Positions 25,640 through 38,515 of a stretch of 64,000 nt of DNA are shown in pieces (positions within the stretch are counted from its first letter, which is position 1; every line of letters starts with the position of its first letter). Below the pieces are notes generated by a model that worked only from the letters and a program-made list of their open reading frames with translations, made no database searches and was not told the origin of the DNA. The position numbers and the translations under genes are program-made. The DNA is from Eimeria praecox. Its lineage: Eukaryota. The stretch spans positions 1,798,001 through 1,862,000 of the forward strand of contig OY986950.1 in assembly GCA_963920595.1 (NCBI GenBank), given 5' to 3'.

Positions 25640-28600
25640 GCCTAGCCATTGCTATGCCGGAGATGCACTACCTTCTTTGACATGCAGGGGCTGAAGGCGA
25701 AGGCGCTACTTTGCCTTAAACAACCAGTAAAAACGAAACACATAATAGGGGGAAAAGCCCTTGCATTGCAAAAAGGGCGCCGAACAACAAAGGAATCCCG
25801 CTTATTTTTCCTTTGTTTCCTCCTGACGAGCAGCCTCTTCTCTTCATGAGACGAGTGGAAAGCAAGGCGTTCCATTAAGGCAAAGCTTCCTTGACCGTGC
25901 ATAACCCTGTATCCTGCATTTAGAAGAAATAATTCCTTGGAGTCTTACGACCTCGCGCCTGCCTCTTGAGTAAGCAGTACTTGCGGTAGTCGTAACAGCC
26001 TATCAATTCCAGTTTCAGTTTCGTGGCTCAGTTGCTTCAAAGTTCCCCTGCTAGATAACAATTCGGTTCTGGCCAATGCCACTCTAAGGTCTAAAAACCT
26101 GCACAACAGTAGTGGCTTACGCCTGTGCTTAAGCAGCTGGGTGGGATAGGATTTCAGTATCCAACAGGTAGAGAGGTGTGGCCTCTCTACCTGAGAAAGT
26201 CTTACATTGCATCAGACATGAACAACAGTTGTTTGATAAACAGCATGGCAGCCGTTCTCAGGACCTCCGTTGCTCGCAAGGAACTCTCGAAACTGCACAC
26301 AACCGTCGAAATTGCTTAGACCGTTCGCGCCGCAAGCCCTCGCCGAACAGAAGGTGCCGCTGCAATCAAGCAGCGGATGCCTAGTAATGCAGTAGAATAA
26401 AAGTTAATTTTGTGAGGACGTAAAACAGCGATGATTCTTCGATTTGTTCCCCCCTTTGCACGCTGTCGTCTACCAACCTAGCTAGTGATCGAGGCGAGGT
26501 CACGAGTTCGCAGTCGAAATGCAGCCTTCACGCCACTTCCGGTGGGTGTGAGTGGATTTAAATTTATCATTTACAGTATAGTTTTAATGATTGACCTCAT
26601 ACCCTCTATAGAGTGCTATGCTCACGCCAGGGTGAGACGGTGCCCTCGAATGAGGTTCTGTTGGACCACGACTGCAAGTAGGCGATCCGTTTCAACTAAA
26701 CTGCCAGGGCATGAAACAAGGACTTAAGAAGCTTTTATGTTTTACATTTAAGTCATTAATGGATTTTAAGTAAGAAATCGATGCTATTTCCTTCGATACA
26801 GAGTCTGAGAGCCAATGGCGGTGACAAGGGGGTGCAAGATCTGGCATTTGAGGGGTTCTGAGATTTAGAAGCCTCCACATTAATGCCCCTTTGGTTTGTC
26901 TAACGTTCTTTTGCACTTCAATAACAATCAAAGTGTGTTTCGAATTTCTTTGTTCTTCGCTATGCCCTCAAGATCGTGCAGATCTCTGCCACTTTCGCTA
27001 TATGCCTGCCCAACAGGAACAGCGTTCACACGCACCCGTGCCACCGACTGCCTCATCGCAGCTGAAGCGTCGGAAAGCGCCATTTGTAATATTCCATTTA
27101 TAGCTAATTCAATATTCTTGATGATTTACTAGACTACGTGTACGTCTGGACTCCTGTTACTTCAATAACCCTCTGGTAACAATGGCGCCCCTCAAGCTGC
27201 TCACAGTCGTCAGTGCCTCGTTCCTCGCTCTGCACACAGTCAGCGCCGCAGGCGGTGCAACAACAGTAACTTACACTGCTACTCTCGGTATGTTTCTGTG
27301 TTTCAACTCCCGTTGCTTGCTTAGACTCTGTCCTCTGCTGGCCAGCTGCTCGTGGTATGTCCAATAAGGGGGGCAACCCCACAGACGAATATTTCAAGTT
27401 CACTGAGCCCTCAAAACATTCACCATGATACTTTTACCTTGTAGAAACTCCTCGCCTATTCAGAGTAATTTGGGTTCTATGCCGCAGGAGACGATGGCAA
27501 GTGCCTGGACAAGGTCAATTCTGCTCGCGAGGCAGTTGGACTCAGCGACCTCCAGCAAGCAGGAAAGACCGATACAACACGCAGACTCCCTGACAGTACC
27601 TCTACTCAACAAGACAAATATAATGAGTGGGTCTGGCAGCCCGTGTGCGACGTCTTGATCCCAGTAAGTTGTTTACTTCCCTAACTTCCCTCCGGAGGAA
27701 ATATTGCCGCGTGTGCAACTCACCTCAGCCCTTGTCCTCTTCCTTGCTGCCTACAGAACCAGCCAAAAGAAGAAACTGAAAGTGATGCACCTACAGCAGG
27801 AACTGTGAAGTTCCAAAGCGGCACATACGCGTACGAGGAAGTGGACGCCGCTGCTGTCAACTGCACTGCTGTCGTAGATGCGTGGAAATCCGCCTACAAG
27901 AACTTTAAGGAGCCGCCCCCAGCGTACACAACAGATAATGCACTGTACAAGGACCAGAAAAACGTCTCTTTCATGGCCATGTACAATCCTTCAGAAGGAG
28001 CAACTGCCGACTGCCGAGTCGTCACCTGCACCAAAACAACCAATGTCGCTAAAACTGCAGATGATGGCTCGGCAGGAAGTCCACAAACAGAATCGGGTTC
28101 TGCTTTGATCTGTATGACTGTTCCTGATATACTATCAAAGGAACAAACCAAAGCTCCTTTCACGTAAGTTCTTTCTTGTCTTGCCTGTTCCCTCTGTTGT
28201 TTTACTTCTGTTTGCTGTTGATTTGACTTGACCCGTTTTGGTTTCTTTGGCTGCGTCTTGCAGGGATGAGCAGTGGGACAAAATCGTCAAGACCTTGAAG
28301 GGATCTGCCTCGGCTATCTCGCCCAGTGTGGTCGGTCTTGCGGTAACGGTGCTTGGCCTCGCAGCAACGTTATTGTGAAGGAGAATCTGTTGAAGAGGCA
28401 GACTGTTTTATGGGCATTTTTGTCTGATATTTTCGAGTTTCTAAAGTAGAGCGACGAGGGATTTCGGTGTGGTGTAGATATCCACAGATCACAAACTAAA
28501 AGCTTGGGAAGTGCAAATGTTGCACGCCCAGTGCATAGAAGAAGCTTGAAGCTGCCACGATGGGGTCACTCTAGAGAAGTCGATTTTTGGGGGGATGATT

Positions 28601-29352
28601 AAGTTTGAAGTGTGAGGGTGATAGGAGAGTTTGCATTATAATGCAAGCGAAGGCCTTTTTATACAGCGGAAGAACTAGGCTTTGGGGGGCATTTTTTACT
28701 TTTTTCTGCCTCAGGAGCCGTTGGGCTCCCTACGCAGAATAGTTGCGAGTTCGCAATGGCGGTTTCAGCCTGACTGTAGATTACCGCATCAGTTTAAACT
28801 GAATTAAACAAATTTCACTCGACAGAGGCCTTTACAAAGCCTGGGACTACTCCGCTCTAAGCCAGCCACGCAGCGATGGGCGTGACCCTGGTCATCAATT
28901 TGCGTACGATCATTGTGGGAGAGGGATTCTACTTCAGGGGACTCAAATGATTTTCCCTTTTCTAATGGCTTGGAAAGCTAGTGAATGATCAAATTACTGG
29001 TAGCACCTTTTAAATATAAATGAAATAAAAATAAAGCATAGCAGAGGAAGTGTGTAGTAGTCTTCGCCCACTCAGGCACCTGCATGAGCCACTGGGGAGG
29101 GCCAGCTTATGTAGCACCATGATTTGTCCAGGGTTTCCCCATATTAATGTAGTGAATTAGCCTGTATTTCAGTAGGAAAACAAGGAAAAGGCAGATGCGT
29201 GATGCACAGATGCTTCATCCCTGAGGCGCCCCTGACCTTTGCAGCCTAAGCCTGTGAAGCCGGCGGTTATTGTACGCCATATATTTGCAGCATCATGATT
29301 GTATTTGAAAGTGTTTTAGGCGTTTTGTGGGCATGCGCCACGGTGGTACGCT
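25640..29352 (+). repeat. Left arm of a ~3.6-kb inverted segmental duplication
   Basis: High-identity reverse complement of 31712-35268. The near-identical ORF pairs 26125/34784, 26485/34424 and 27805/33105 confirm it. Confidence 0.95.
27182..28378 (+). CDS. sag: Eimeria surface antigen, sagA-type (267 aa)
   Basis: Exons 27182-27287, 27488-27663, 27757-28163, 28264-28378. Signal MAPLKLLTVVSASFLAL, CLDKVNSAR, RRLP, six Cys, GPI tail. Confidence 0.93.
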
Positions 29353-30599
29353 GGGGTACTCGTGAGGTTACGCTTATGTCAATGGTTTGAGCACATGAAA
29401 CTCACATAAAGATGATTTCGAGCCCTTTTAATGCTTTGTTTATATTTACAGTCTACGTAATACACTGTGCAAAGCACGCTGATCGCAGGGCTACCGGAAC
29501 TGGCCTGGACAACCCAGATAGGGCAGGATGGTCACTCGCACCCAGGGCATTGATCAGTTTAGCGTGGAAGGCGCATTCCGCAGGACAATTGGATTATCTC
29601 ATTTCAAATGTTTTTATAAACTAAAAGTAAGGGCTTCCATTGTATGCATTCTTCTGCTGTGTTACAACATATACGAACCCCCCGCCGCCGCTGAAGTTGG
29701 TGGTTACGGTCCCTACATCTGTACCTCTTCCGCGCGGCGGCCAACGGAGGCGTTAGACAAGTGAAAACACCAAAAGCTTGCATTGCCTCAGTATATTTGC
29801 AGTCTTGTTTCGAGACCCCTTCAATGCTTGAACTCCTCCTCATTAGATGACGCTCTGTTGGATAGCCTAGGATGCTCTGCGTGATGCCTTGTACCCCTTT
29901 GCTTGTTCTCTCAGACTCGCGATGGAAGGCCATGTGAATGTTGAAAGACGACCTGCACTACAGTCTAAACTCCTGGCGCATGCAGCAAATGCGCACTGGT
30001 TATGCATGTGGGGCTGCCTTGCAACACTAGCACCAGCAAGGGGCGTTGTACCGCTTGGTAGGCCAGCCAGTGCCCCCACCAGCCCAGACCCGTAGGCAGC
30101 TCTGTCCAGGACGCCACGATGTTGGAGGGGGTATCAGATGCTTTTTGCCGGCCCGCTGTTTAAGCCTTTGGCTCCACTGCAGCTTGCGATAGCCGCCAGC
30201 TACGATCGAGGACAATCGATACACTTCGTAGGACTGCACGCATCATCAGGGCAGGTTTGCAGCTAACCTCACGCTGACAGCAAGGGGGCCAGCTGCGTTG
30301 CAGTAGCGAGCAGTGAAGCGTCTTTTAGGAGAATTTAAATTTAGAAAAATACCTCGGAAGAATCGTTGCCAATGCTAAGCCTTTTTTACACTTGCGCAAT
30401 GGAGGTTGATACGAATGCACCATTGGGTAGGTAAGCGACCAACGGGTGGGCGCCTTACCGCATTGGGACAAGCGTACGTTCTTCATGAGTTGCCTTTTCC
30501 TTATGGGTGAGATGAAGAGCGCCTGCGCACATGCTAACCGTGCCCCCCTTCATTAGAAGGGGGCACGAAAATGTTTGCCATGTCTAAGCAAGGATACCA

Positions 30600-31650
30600 C
30601 TTCCCTAGAGAGCATCCAGGGGATAGAATCCATCCAGCAAGCGCGGCTATGCAAATTTACTCCCATCGAGACAACGAAGTAGGCTAAGACAGAATTAAGG
30701 AAACCTTGAGGGAACCTAGGCGAAATAAGCGCTCGATAGAACGTTACGTGGAGAATTATCAGTTGTCGCTGACGAGCAATTCCCGAAGGAATGGAAATAT
30801 GTATATCAACTGTTCATAGCAAGGCTATCTCACGGCAGTCAGTAACCGGCTCGGCGGCGGAGAACGAACTCCGCCGCGAAGACGCAGTACTTACGCACCA
30901 AGGAGAAATAGCCCTCTCACCAGTCTAGTGGAAAAGGAAGAAGACAGAAGTGGAAATGACCTAGCTATAGAAGCTATGGCAGTGAATGCCAGCCCTGCCG
31001 AGAAAGGACAGAAAATAGCAACCGAGAGCAGCAGGCGAGTTTCACACTCAGGAAGCCGGTGTGGATTACTGAGCAGTACATCTGCTTCCTTTGCAATAAT
31101 CAAGGAAGTAAAATTCAAGATTGCAAACTCATGAAATGCGCTTAAGGAACTGGAGAAGCAAGAACTCAAACAGGCTCGTCAGGAGGGCAAACAGAGCGAC
31201 CAGGGGAAGGCTATGGCGCCCATGTAACGTACAGCGCAGTGATAGGGAAGAAAGAGACGATAGCCGCATCGTTAGAGCCTCCTCAAGTCAATTTTGTGCA
31301 TACCCAAGCTCGTATTAATGCCTACGATTTGCTAGCCCTACTTGATATACGCTGCAAAGAAGATCTGGAATCTGAAGTTACGGCGATGAGGTGCACTCTA
31401 CTTCTTTGCTGGGGTAATATCTTCTAATACGCTTCACATGTGGCAAACAAGTCAGGAAAATCGATAAAACCATGTTGGTGAAACCCAAACTCCATTTGAA
31501 GATGGGTAACAATATCTACACAACGTGCACTAGCGCGGGAACATACGAAGGTGCAAGAACGCCAGGCAACGGACTATGGCAAAGGACACTCAGCAGTAAC
31601 TCTCAACCCAGATGGCTTCGTTCTAATGGATTCGCGTGCCGTTTGAAGCG
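30600..31650 (+). mobile_element. Degenerate Ty3/gypsy gag-protease relic in the spacer of the inverted duplication
   Basis: Fragments KFTPIETTK*AKTELR, SIERYVENYQ (gag SVxEY-like), YQLFIARLS (~30804), GNDLAIEAMAV and HTQARINAYDLLALLDIRC (decayed retropepsin LLDTG motif, ~31300-31355). Collinear with the 3.4-4.7 kb relic. Confidence 0.65.
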
Positions 31651-31711
31651 CGCCAGACAACGATCAGCCAGAGTTGCTCGCAACGTAGGTTACGTGGACG
31701 TCTGGCGCACT

Positions 31712-34700
31712 GCAGTGTACAATCGTGGCGCTTGCCACAAAACGCCTAAAACACTTTCAAATTTAATCATGATGCTGCAAATGATATAATATCTGGCGTA
31801 CAATAACCGCCGGCTTCACAGGCTTAGGTTGCAAAGGTCAGGGGTGCCTCAGGGATGAAGCATCTGTACATCGCGCATCAGCCTTTTCCTTGTTTTCCTA
31901 CTGAAATACAGGCTAATTCACTACATTAATATGGGGAAACCCTGGACAGATCATGGTGCTACATAAGCTATCCCTCCCCAGTGGCTCAGCAGAGGATGTG
32001 TGTAGTAGTCTTCGCCCACTCCTGAGTGGGCCATTGCTGCGTGGCTGGCTTAGAGCGGAGTAATCCCAGGCTTTGTAAAGGCCTCAGTTTAAATTGAATT
32101 AAACAAATTTCACTCCACAGATGCGGTAATCTACAGTCAGGCTGAAACCGCCATTGCGAACTCGCAACTATTCTGCGCAGGGAGCCCAACGGCTCCTGAG
32201 GCAGAAAAAAGTAAAAAATGCCCCCCAAAGTCTAGTTCTTCCACCGTGTAAAAAGGTATTCGCTTGCATTATAATGCAAACCCTCCTATCACCCTCACCC
32301 TTCAAACTTAATCATCCCCCCAAAATTCGACTTCTCTAGAGTGATCCCATCGTGGCAGCTTCAAGCTTCTTCTATGCAGTGGGCGTGCAACATTTGCACT
32401 TCCCAAGCTTTTAGTTTGTGATCTGTGGATGTCTACACCACACCGAAATCCCTCGTCGCTCTACTTCAGAAACTCGAAAATATCAAACAAAAATGCCCAT
32501 AAAACAGTCTGCCTCTTCAACAGATTCTCCTTCACAATAACGTTGCTGCGAGGCCAAGCACCGTTACCGCAAGGCCGGCCACACTGGGCGAGACAGCCGA
32601 GGCAGATCCCTTCAAGGTCTTGACGATTTTGTCCCACTGCTCATCCCTGCAAGATGCAACCAAAGAAACCAAACCAGCTCAAGTCAAATCAACAGCAAAC
32701 AGAAGTCAAACAACAAAGGGAATAGGCAAGACAAGAAAGAACTTACGTGAAAGGGGCTTTGGTTTGTTCCTTTGATAGTATATCAGGAACAGTCATACAG
32801 ATCAAAGCAGAACCCGATTCAGTTTGTGGCTTTGCTGGCGAGCCATCATCTGCAGCTTGAGCGGCATTGGTTGTTTTGGTGCAGGTGACGACTCGGCAGT
32901 CGGCAGTGGCTCCTTCTGAAGGATTGTACATGGCCATGAAAGAGACGTTTTTCTGGTCTTTGTACAGTGGATTATCTGCTGTGTACGCTGGGGGCGGTTC
33001 CTTAAAGTTCTTGTAGGCGGATTTCCACGCATCTACGACAGCAGTGCAGTTGACAGCAGCGGCGTCCACTTCCTCGTACGCGTATGTGCCGCTTTGGAAC
33101 TTCACAGTTCCTGCTGTAGGTGCATTATTTTCAGCTTCTTTTGGCTGGTTCTGTAGGCAGCAAGGAAGAGGACAAGGGCTGAGGTGAGTTGCACAGGCGG
33201 CAATATTTCCTACGCAGAGAAGTTAGGGAAGTAAACAACTTACTGGGATCAAGACGTCGCACACGGGCTGCCAGACCCACTCATTATATTTGCCTTCTTG
33301 AGGAGAGGTACTGTCAGGGAGTCTGCGTGCTGTATCGCCCTTTGCTGCTTGCTGGAGGTCGCTGAGTCCAACTGCGTCGCGAGCAGAATTGACCTTGTCC
33401 AGACACTTGCCATCGTCTCCTGCGGCATAGAACCCAAATTACTCTGAATAGGCGAGGAGTTTTTACAAGGTAAAAATATCATGGTGAATGTTTTGAGGGC
33501 TCAGTGAACACGAAATATTCGTCTGTGGGGTTACCCCCTTATTGGACATACCACGAGCAGCTCGCCAGCAGAGGACAGAGTCTAAGCAAGCAAAGGGAGT
33601 TGAAACACAGAAGCATACCGAGAGTAGCAGTGTAAGTTACTGTTGTTGTGCCGTCTGCGGCGCTGACTGTGCGCAGAGCGAGGAACGAGGCACTGACGAC
33701 TGTGAGCAGCTTGAGGGGCGCCATTGTCACCAGAGGGTTATTGAAGTAACAGGAGTCCAGACGTACACGTAGTCTAGTAAATCATCAAGAATATTGAATT
33801 AGCTATAAATGGAATGTTACAAATGGGGCTATCCGACGCTTCAGCTGCGACAAGGCGGTCGGTGGCACGGGTGCGTATGAACGTGTTCCTGATGGGCAGG
33901 CATATAGCCAAAGTGGCGCTGAGCTCTGCACGGTTTTGTGGGCATAGCGAAGAACAAAGAAATTCAAAACCCAATGTTATGGTTATTGAAGTGCAAAATA
34001 ATATTAAACAAAGCAAAGGGACGTTAATATGGAGGCTTCTAAATCTCAGAACCCCTCAAATGCCAGATCTTGCACCCCGTGTCACCTCCATGGGCTCTCA
34101 GACTCTGTATCGAAGGAAATAGCATCGATTTCCTACTAAAAATCCATTAATGACTTAAATGTAAAGCATAAAAGCTTCTTAAGTCCTTGTTTCATGCCCT
34201 GGAAGTTTAGTTGAAACGGATCGCCTACTTGCAGTCGTGGTCCAACAGAACCTCATTCGAGGGCACCGTCTCACCCCGGCGTGAGCATAGCACTCTATAG
34301 AGGGTATGAGGTCAATCATTAAAACTATACTGTAAATGATAAATTTAAATCCACTCACACCCACCGGAAGCGGCGTGAAGGCTGCATTTCGACTGCGAAC
34401 TCGCGACCTTCTCGCCTCGATCACTAGCTAGGTTGGTAGACGACAGCGTGCAAAGGGGGGAACAAATCGAAGAATCATCGCTGTTTTACGTCCTCACAAA
34501 ATTAACTTCTATTCTACTGCATTACTAGGCATCCGCTGCCTGATTGTAGCGGCACCTTCTGTTCGGTGAGGCCTTGCAGCGCGAGCGGTCTAAGCAATTT
34601 CGACGGTTGTGTGCAGTTTCGAGAGTTCCTTGCGAGCAACGGAGGTCCTGAGAACGGCTGCCATGCTCTTTATCAAACAACTGTTGTTCATGTCTGATGC

Positions 34701-35268
34701 AATGTAAGACTTTCTCAGGTAGAGAGGCCACACCTCTCTACCTGTTGGATACTGAAATCCTATCCCACCCAGCTGCTTAAGCACAGGCGTAAGCCACTAC
34801 TGCTGTGCAGGTTTTTAGACATTAGAGTGGCATTGGCCTGAGCCGAATTGTTATCTAGCAGGGAGCCTTTGATGCATGATGTTGATCTCCACGAAACTGA
34901 AACTGGCATTGATAGGCTGTTAGGACTACCGCAAGTACTGCTTACTCAAGAGGCAGGCGCGAGGTCGTAAGACTCCAAGGAATTATTTCTTCTAAATGCA
35001 GGATACAGGGTTACACACGGTCAAGGAAGCTTTGCCTTAATGGAACGCCTTGCTTTCCACTCGTCTCATGAAGAGAAGAGGCTGCTCGTCAGGAGGAAAC
35101 AAAGGAAAAATAAGGGGGATTCCATCGTTGTTTGGCGCCCTTTTTGCAATGCGAGGGCTTTTCCCCCTATTAGGTGTTTCGTTTTTACTGGTTGTTTAAG
35201 GCAAAGTGGCGCCTTCGCCTTCAGCCCCTGCAGCTCAAAGAAGGTAGTGCGACTAGCAGTGGCTAGGC
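31712..35268 (-). repeat. Right arm of the inverted segmental duplication
   Basis: Reverse complement of 25640-29352. It lacks ~160 bp that the left arm has at ~28880-29039. Confidence 0.95.
32532..33724 (-). CDS. sag: Eimeria surface antigen, sagA-type (266 aa), recent paralogue of 27182-28378
   Basis: Exons 33724-33619, 33419-33244, 33150-32747, 32646-32532. Intact reading frame with the same exon structure. Confidence 0.93.
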
Positions 35269-36769
35269 ACCACAACCATGTTACCCAACACCTTATCATT
35301 TCCAAATCATCTCATGAGTACATGACTGAAATAATAGAGTATCCTTGCCTAACTACCTCCTGAAACGCGGTATTGAGGGAGGGTTCACCTGCAGGGCATG
35401 GGGAAACGTGAGCGTACCTCTCCCATGAGGTTAGCCGAAGGCGAAGGCGAACTGGCAGCTGTATTCAAGTTTGAACCCTTCACTTTCCTTTTCCCGGCAA
35501 TGGCAGGCAACCATAGCTCTCCCAGTTGATTCGAAAACTCTAAAGCTGCTGCTCGGCGGCACCCTGTGGCAACCAGGTGTTGAGCTTTCATTGCATATTG
35601 CGCGCACAGAGGGAGCAGGGTTAGGGGGAGCAGGCAGTAACAGCACTGGCCGCTTAAAAGAATGAGTTGCAATGCCAAATGCTTCTTATAAAATCACTTA
35701 ACACATTTTGCAGCTATATATGCAGATTTTTCGTTTCCAGCGAAACACCGGGCTGACTGGGATGGGCGCCCTCGAATTCGTAAGTGAAACTTGCAAAGTA
35801 TTCCTAAATGAATCTTGCAAAGTGGGCAAAAACATGTTGCGATTTTAGAGGGTGGCATGCTTATTTTTGAAGCGGGAGAAATTGCTGAGTCTCAACAGAA
35901 CGCGAAATACAATTTAGAGTCGAAGCAATGAACCCATTCACTACTCCGCCCCCCTTCCCCTAAGGCCAGCCTTTGCTTCAGCCCGAAAGCTGCGGAAATA
36001 TGAACAATTCAATCTGTTCTCGACCCATAGCAGGATCTGTAATGTTGTTTCGAGGTTAGTTTGCAGCTCAGCAATGAGGCCGCTTTGAATACTGAGCAGG
36101 GCAGATCATACACAATAAAGCAGCCTCCCATAAAACAAACAGTATGTATGTCGTGTAAGCAAGAACTTGTAACGACGAAGACAGTCTGCTGCTCATGCAT
36201 TTGAGGGGAGCGCATCCTACTTCCCAGGCGGAATATGCTAGTGCATTTCGCTGAGAACGAAGACGCTGTAAGCTACCCGTTGCAGTTTGGAGCTAAGTAC
36301 TTGGGCTTAAGAATATATAATGCAAGGATTAACAGATCAAGAGAGGAAATCGTTGCACTCCATCGTTTCTTGTGCATATGGGAGATAATAAACTCCTATA
36401 GGAAGTTGTAGGCTAACAAGAGAAACCATCTGTGTCAAATCCCAGGGAAACTTAAAGCAGAAAGCCGCGTGAAGGACCTCATGTGAATTATATAACTGAA
36501 CAGCAAAGAAGTTTTGGAGGAATGCAGGCTCAGGCTCAGGAGGCCAGCATCCCCCTCACCCAGTGTTGAACTTGAGTGCCTTGTGATGACAGAAAATGCA
36601 AGTAAGCGACGCTTCCTTCCTGACGGATGGATGTGAAAGGGAGAAAGCTGCAAAATAATGCAATTCTTTCTTTCTCTTTCTATCTGAAGGCCACATATTG
36701 CGTTAATTAGGCTCTGAGATCTCAGCACAGGCTTGGTAGATAAGAATAGAAAAACCGGCAAGAAACGTC

Positions 36770-36869
<100 letters not shown>

Positions 36870-37255
36870 TAAACAAATCAGCAATTTCGCGTTGGGCGCG
36901 AGTTGTGCGTTCATCTCCTCTAACAAAGGAGTTTCGCACTCTCAAAGCCACAGCCTCTAAAGCCAAGACATTCAGAAAAAACGATATAGGAAAAGAGATA
37001 TAAAAGATTCATCCATCCACATTAGCATTGTCATACTGGCGCAGACCCCTCTCTATATACAACGGGTGCCCCTGCAGCCAACGAAGCACAACTGCGCCGA
37101 AGAACCAACACACTGTGAACGGCTTCTCAGCTGCAGTTTAGTGCATTCAGACAAGCATTTGTTGTGTTGAAGAAGTAGAACAGGGTAGTAGCAATCATCA
37201 GGAGCTACTACATGCACGCCTTCGGAGTTGTATGCATGCTACGGCATCAACAACA

Positions 37256-38515
37256 TCACCAAAAAGCCGCAAGACTTAGGAAGACTGCCGATGCAACGAT
37301 GAATATGTTGAAGCCAGATCCTTCGGGTACGCCATTCCGGCCTAAAGAATCTTTGATTTTCTTCCACTGTTCTTCGCTGTACACCCAAGAAAAGCAGAAA
37401 AAGCAACATAGAGTGCATAAGTATAAACACAATCTACCTGTGCAACAGTGGGCTGTTCAGCTGACTATAATACTAAACTAGTAATACATCTAGAACTAAA
37501 AAAGAGAAAAGAAAACATACGTGAAGGGAGCAGGCCCGTTAGGTGCCAGTATATCCGGTGTCGTCAAACAGATGAGGCTGTATGCGCTCTTCTGTGATTT
37601 GATATTCTCTGGTTGGCTTGGGTCAGCCTCAGGCGACGCTAAGGTTGTTTGGGTGCAGGTGAAGACGCGGCAGTCTGCTGTTGCATCCTTTGAAGGGTTG
37701 TATATAGCCACAAAAGATATGTTGTCTCTGTCGCTGTAGAGCGGTGTGCTTAAATCGTTTGGAGGCGGTAGTGTATAATTTGAAAAGTTGGAGATGGCGT
37801 CCTGCCAGTGTTCTACGGCTTCAGTACAGTTGGGGGTATTTGAAGGTATTTGAATGGATGCATATGCGCTTTTGTAGAACAATTCATTTTTACCTTGGAA
37901 TTGTTCTTCTGGCTGTAACAAGCAGAGAAAGCAAGAAACTCAGCAAGAAACTTTTGTGTTAAGTGCTACTCAGGCCTATTCCATAGATAAACCTCAACAC
38001 TAAACAACATAAAATACATAAACAACTTACAGGCACCAACTGATCACAAGGAATCATCCACAGTTGATTTGCACTATCCGGTATCGAAGATGTAGCTTGC
38101 ACAAAGGCGCTGAGATCTGCACGCTCGCGTGCGGCGTTTATTTGTGGAAGACATGTTCCTGTTTCCCCTGAATATATAAAACACAAAATGTTTGATATAG
38201 AAAATACTTTAAACAAAAAGAACTCTCAAATTCGCCTGCTGCTTCAATAAACACAACAAACAACATCAGACACTCGATCTGTGTGCCCGTGCCGTACTGC
38301 GCCCGGTGACCTCGCTCGCGAAGCAAAATCAAACCCGCGTTTCTTAATAAACCTATATACATTTCAACCTATTCCAAAAAGATAAAAACGAAATACTCAC
38401 CGAGTTCATGAGTGTAAGTAATATGATCCTCGGAAGCAGCCTCTGTGGATGCGTGGGCGGTGTAGAGAAACAGAAGGCAGCCACCAACGGCGTACAGAAC
38501 CTCACCAAGCCTCAT
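37256..38515 (-). CDS. sag: Eimeria surface antigen, divergent sagA-type (254 aa)
   Basis: Exons 38515-38401, 38167-38031, 37912-37521, 37376-37256. Signal MRLGEVLYAVGGCLLFL, CLPQINAAR, NISFVAIYNP, ADCRVFTC, GPI-like tail. Exon 2 lacks the (K/R)RLP motif found in most paralogues. Confidence 0.9.

Noticed and set aside
26125..26727. ORFs conserved between 26.1-26.7 kb and 34.2-34.8 kb
   Set aside because: The conservation only reflects the recent duplication, and the ORFs show no protein-like features.
25640..35268. Arms as LTRs or transposon terminal inverted repeats of the central relic
   Set aside because: LTRs are direct repeats. These arms are inverted, contain host SAG genes, and no transposase or target-site duplication was seen.
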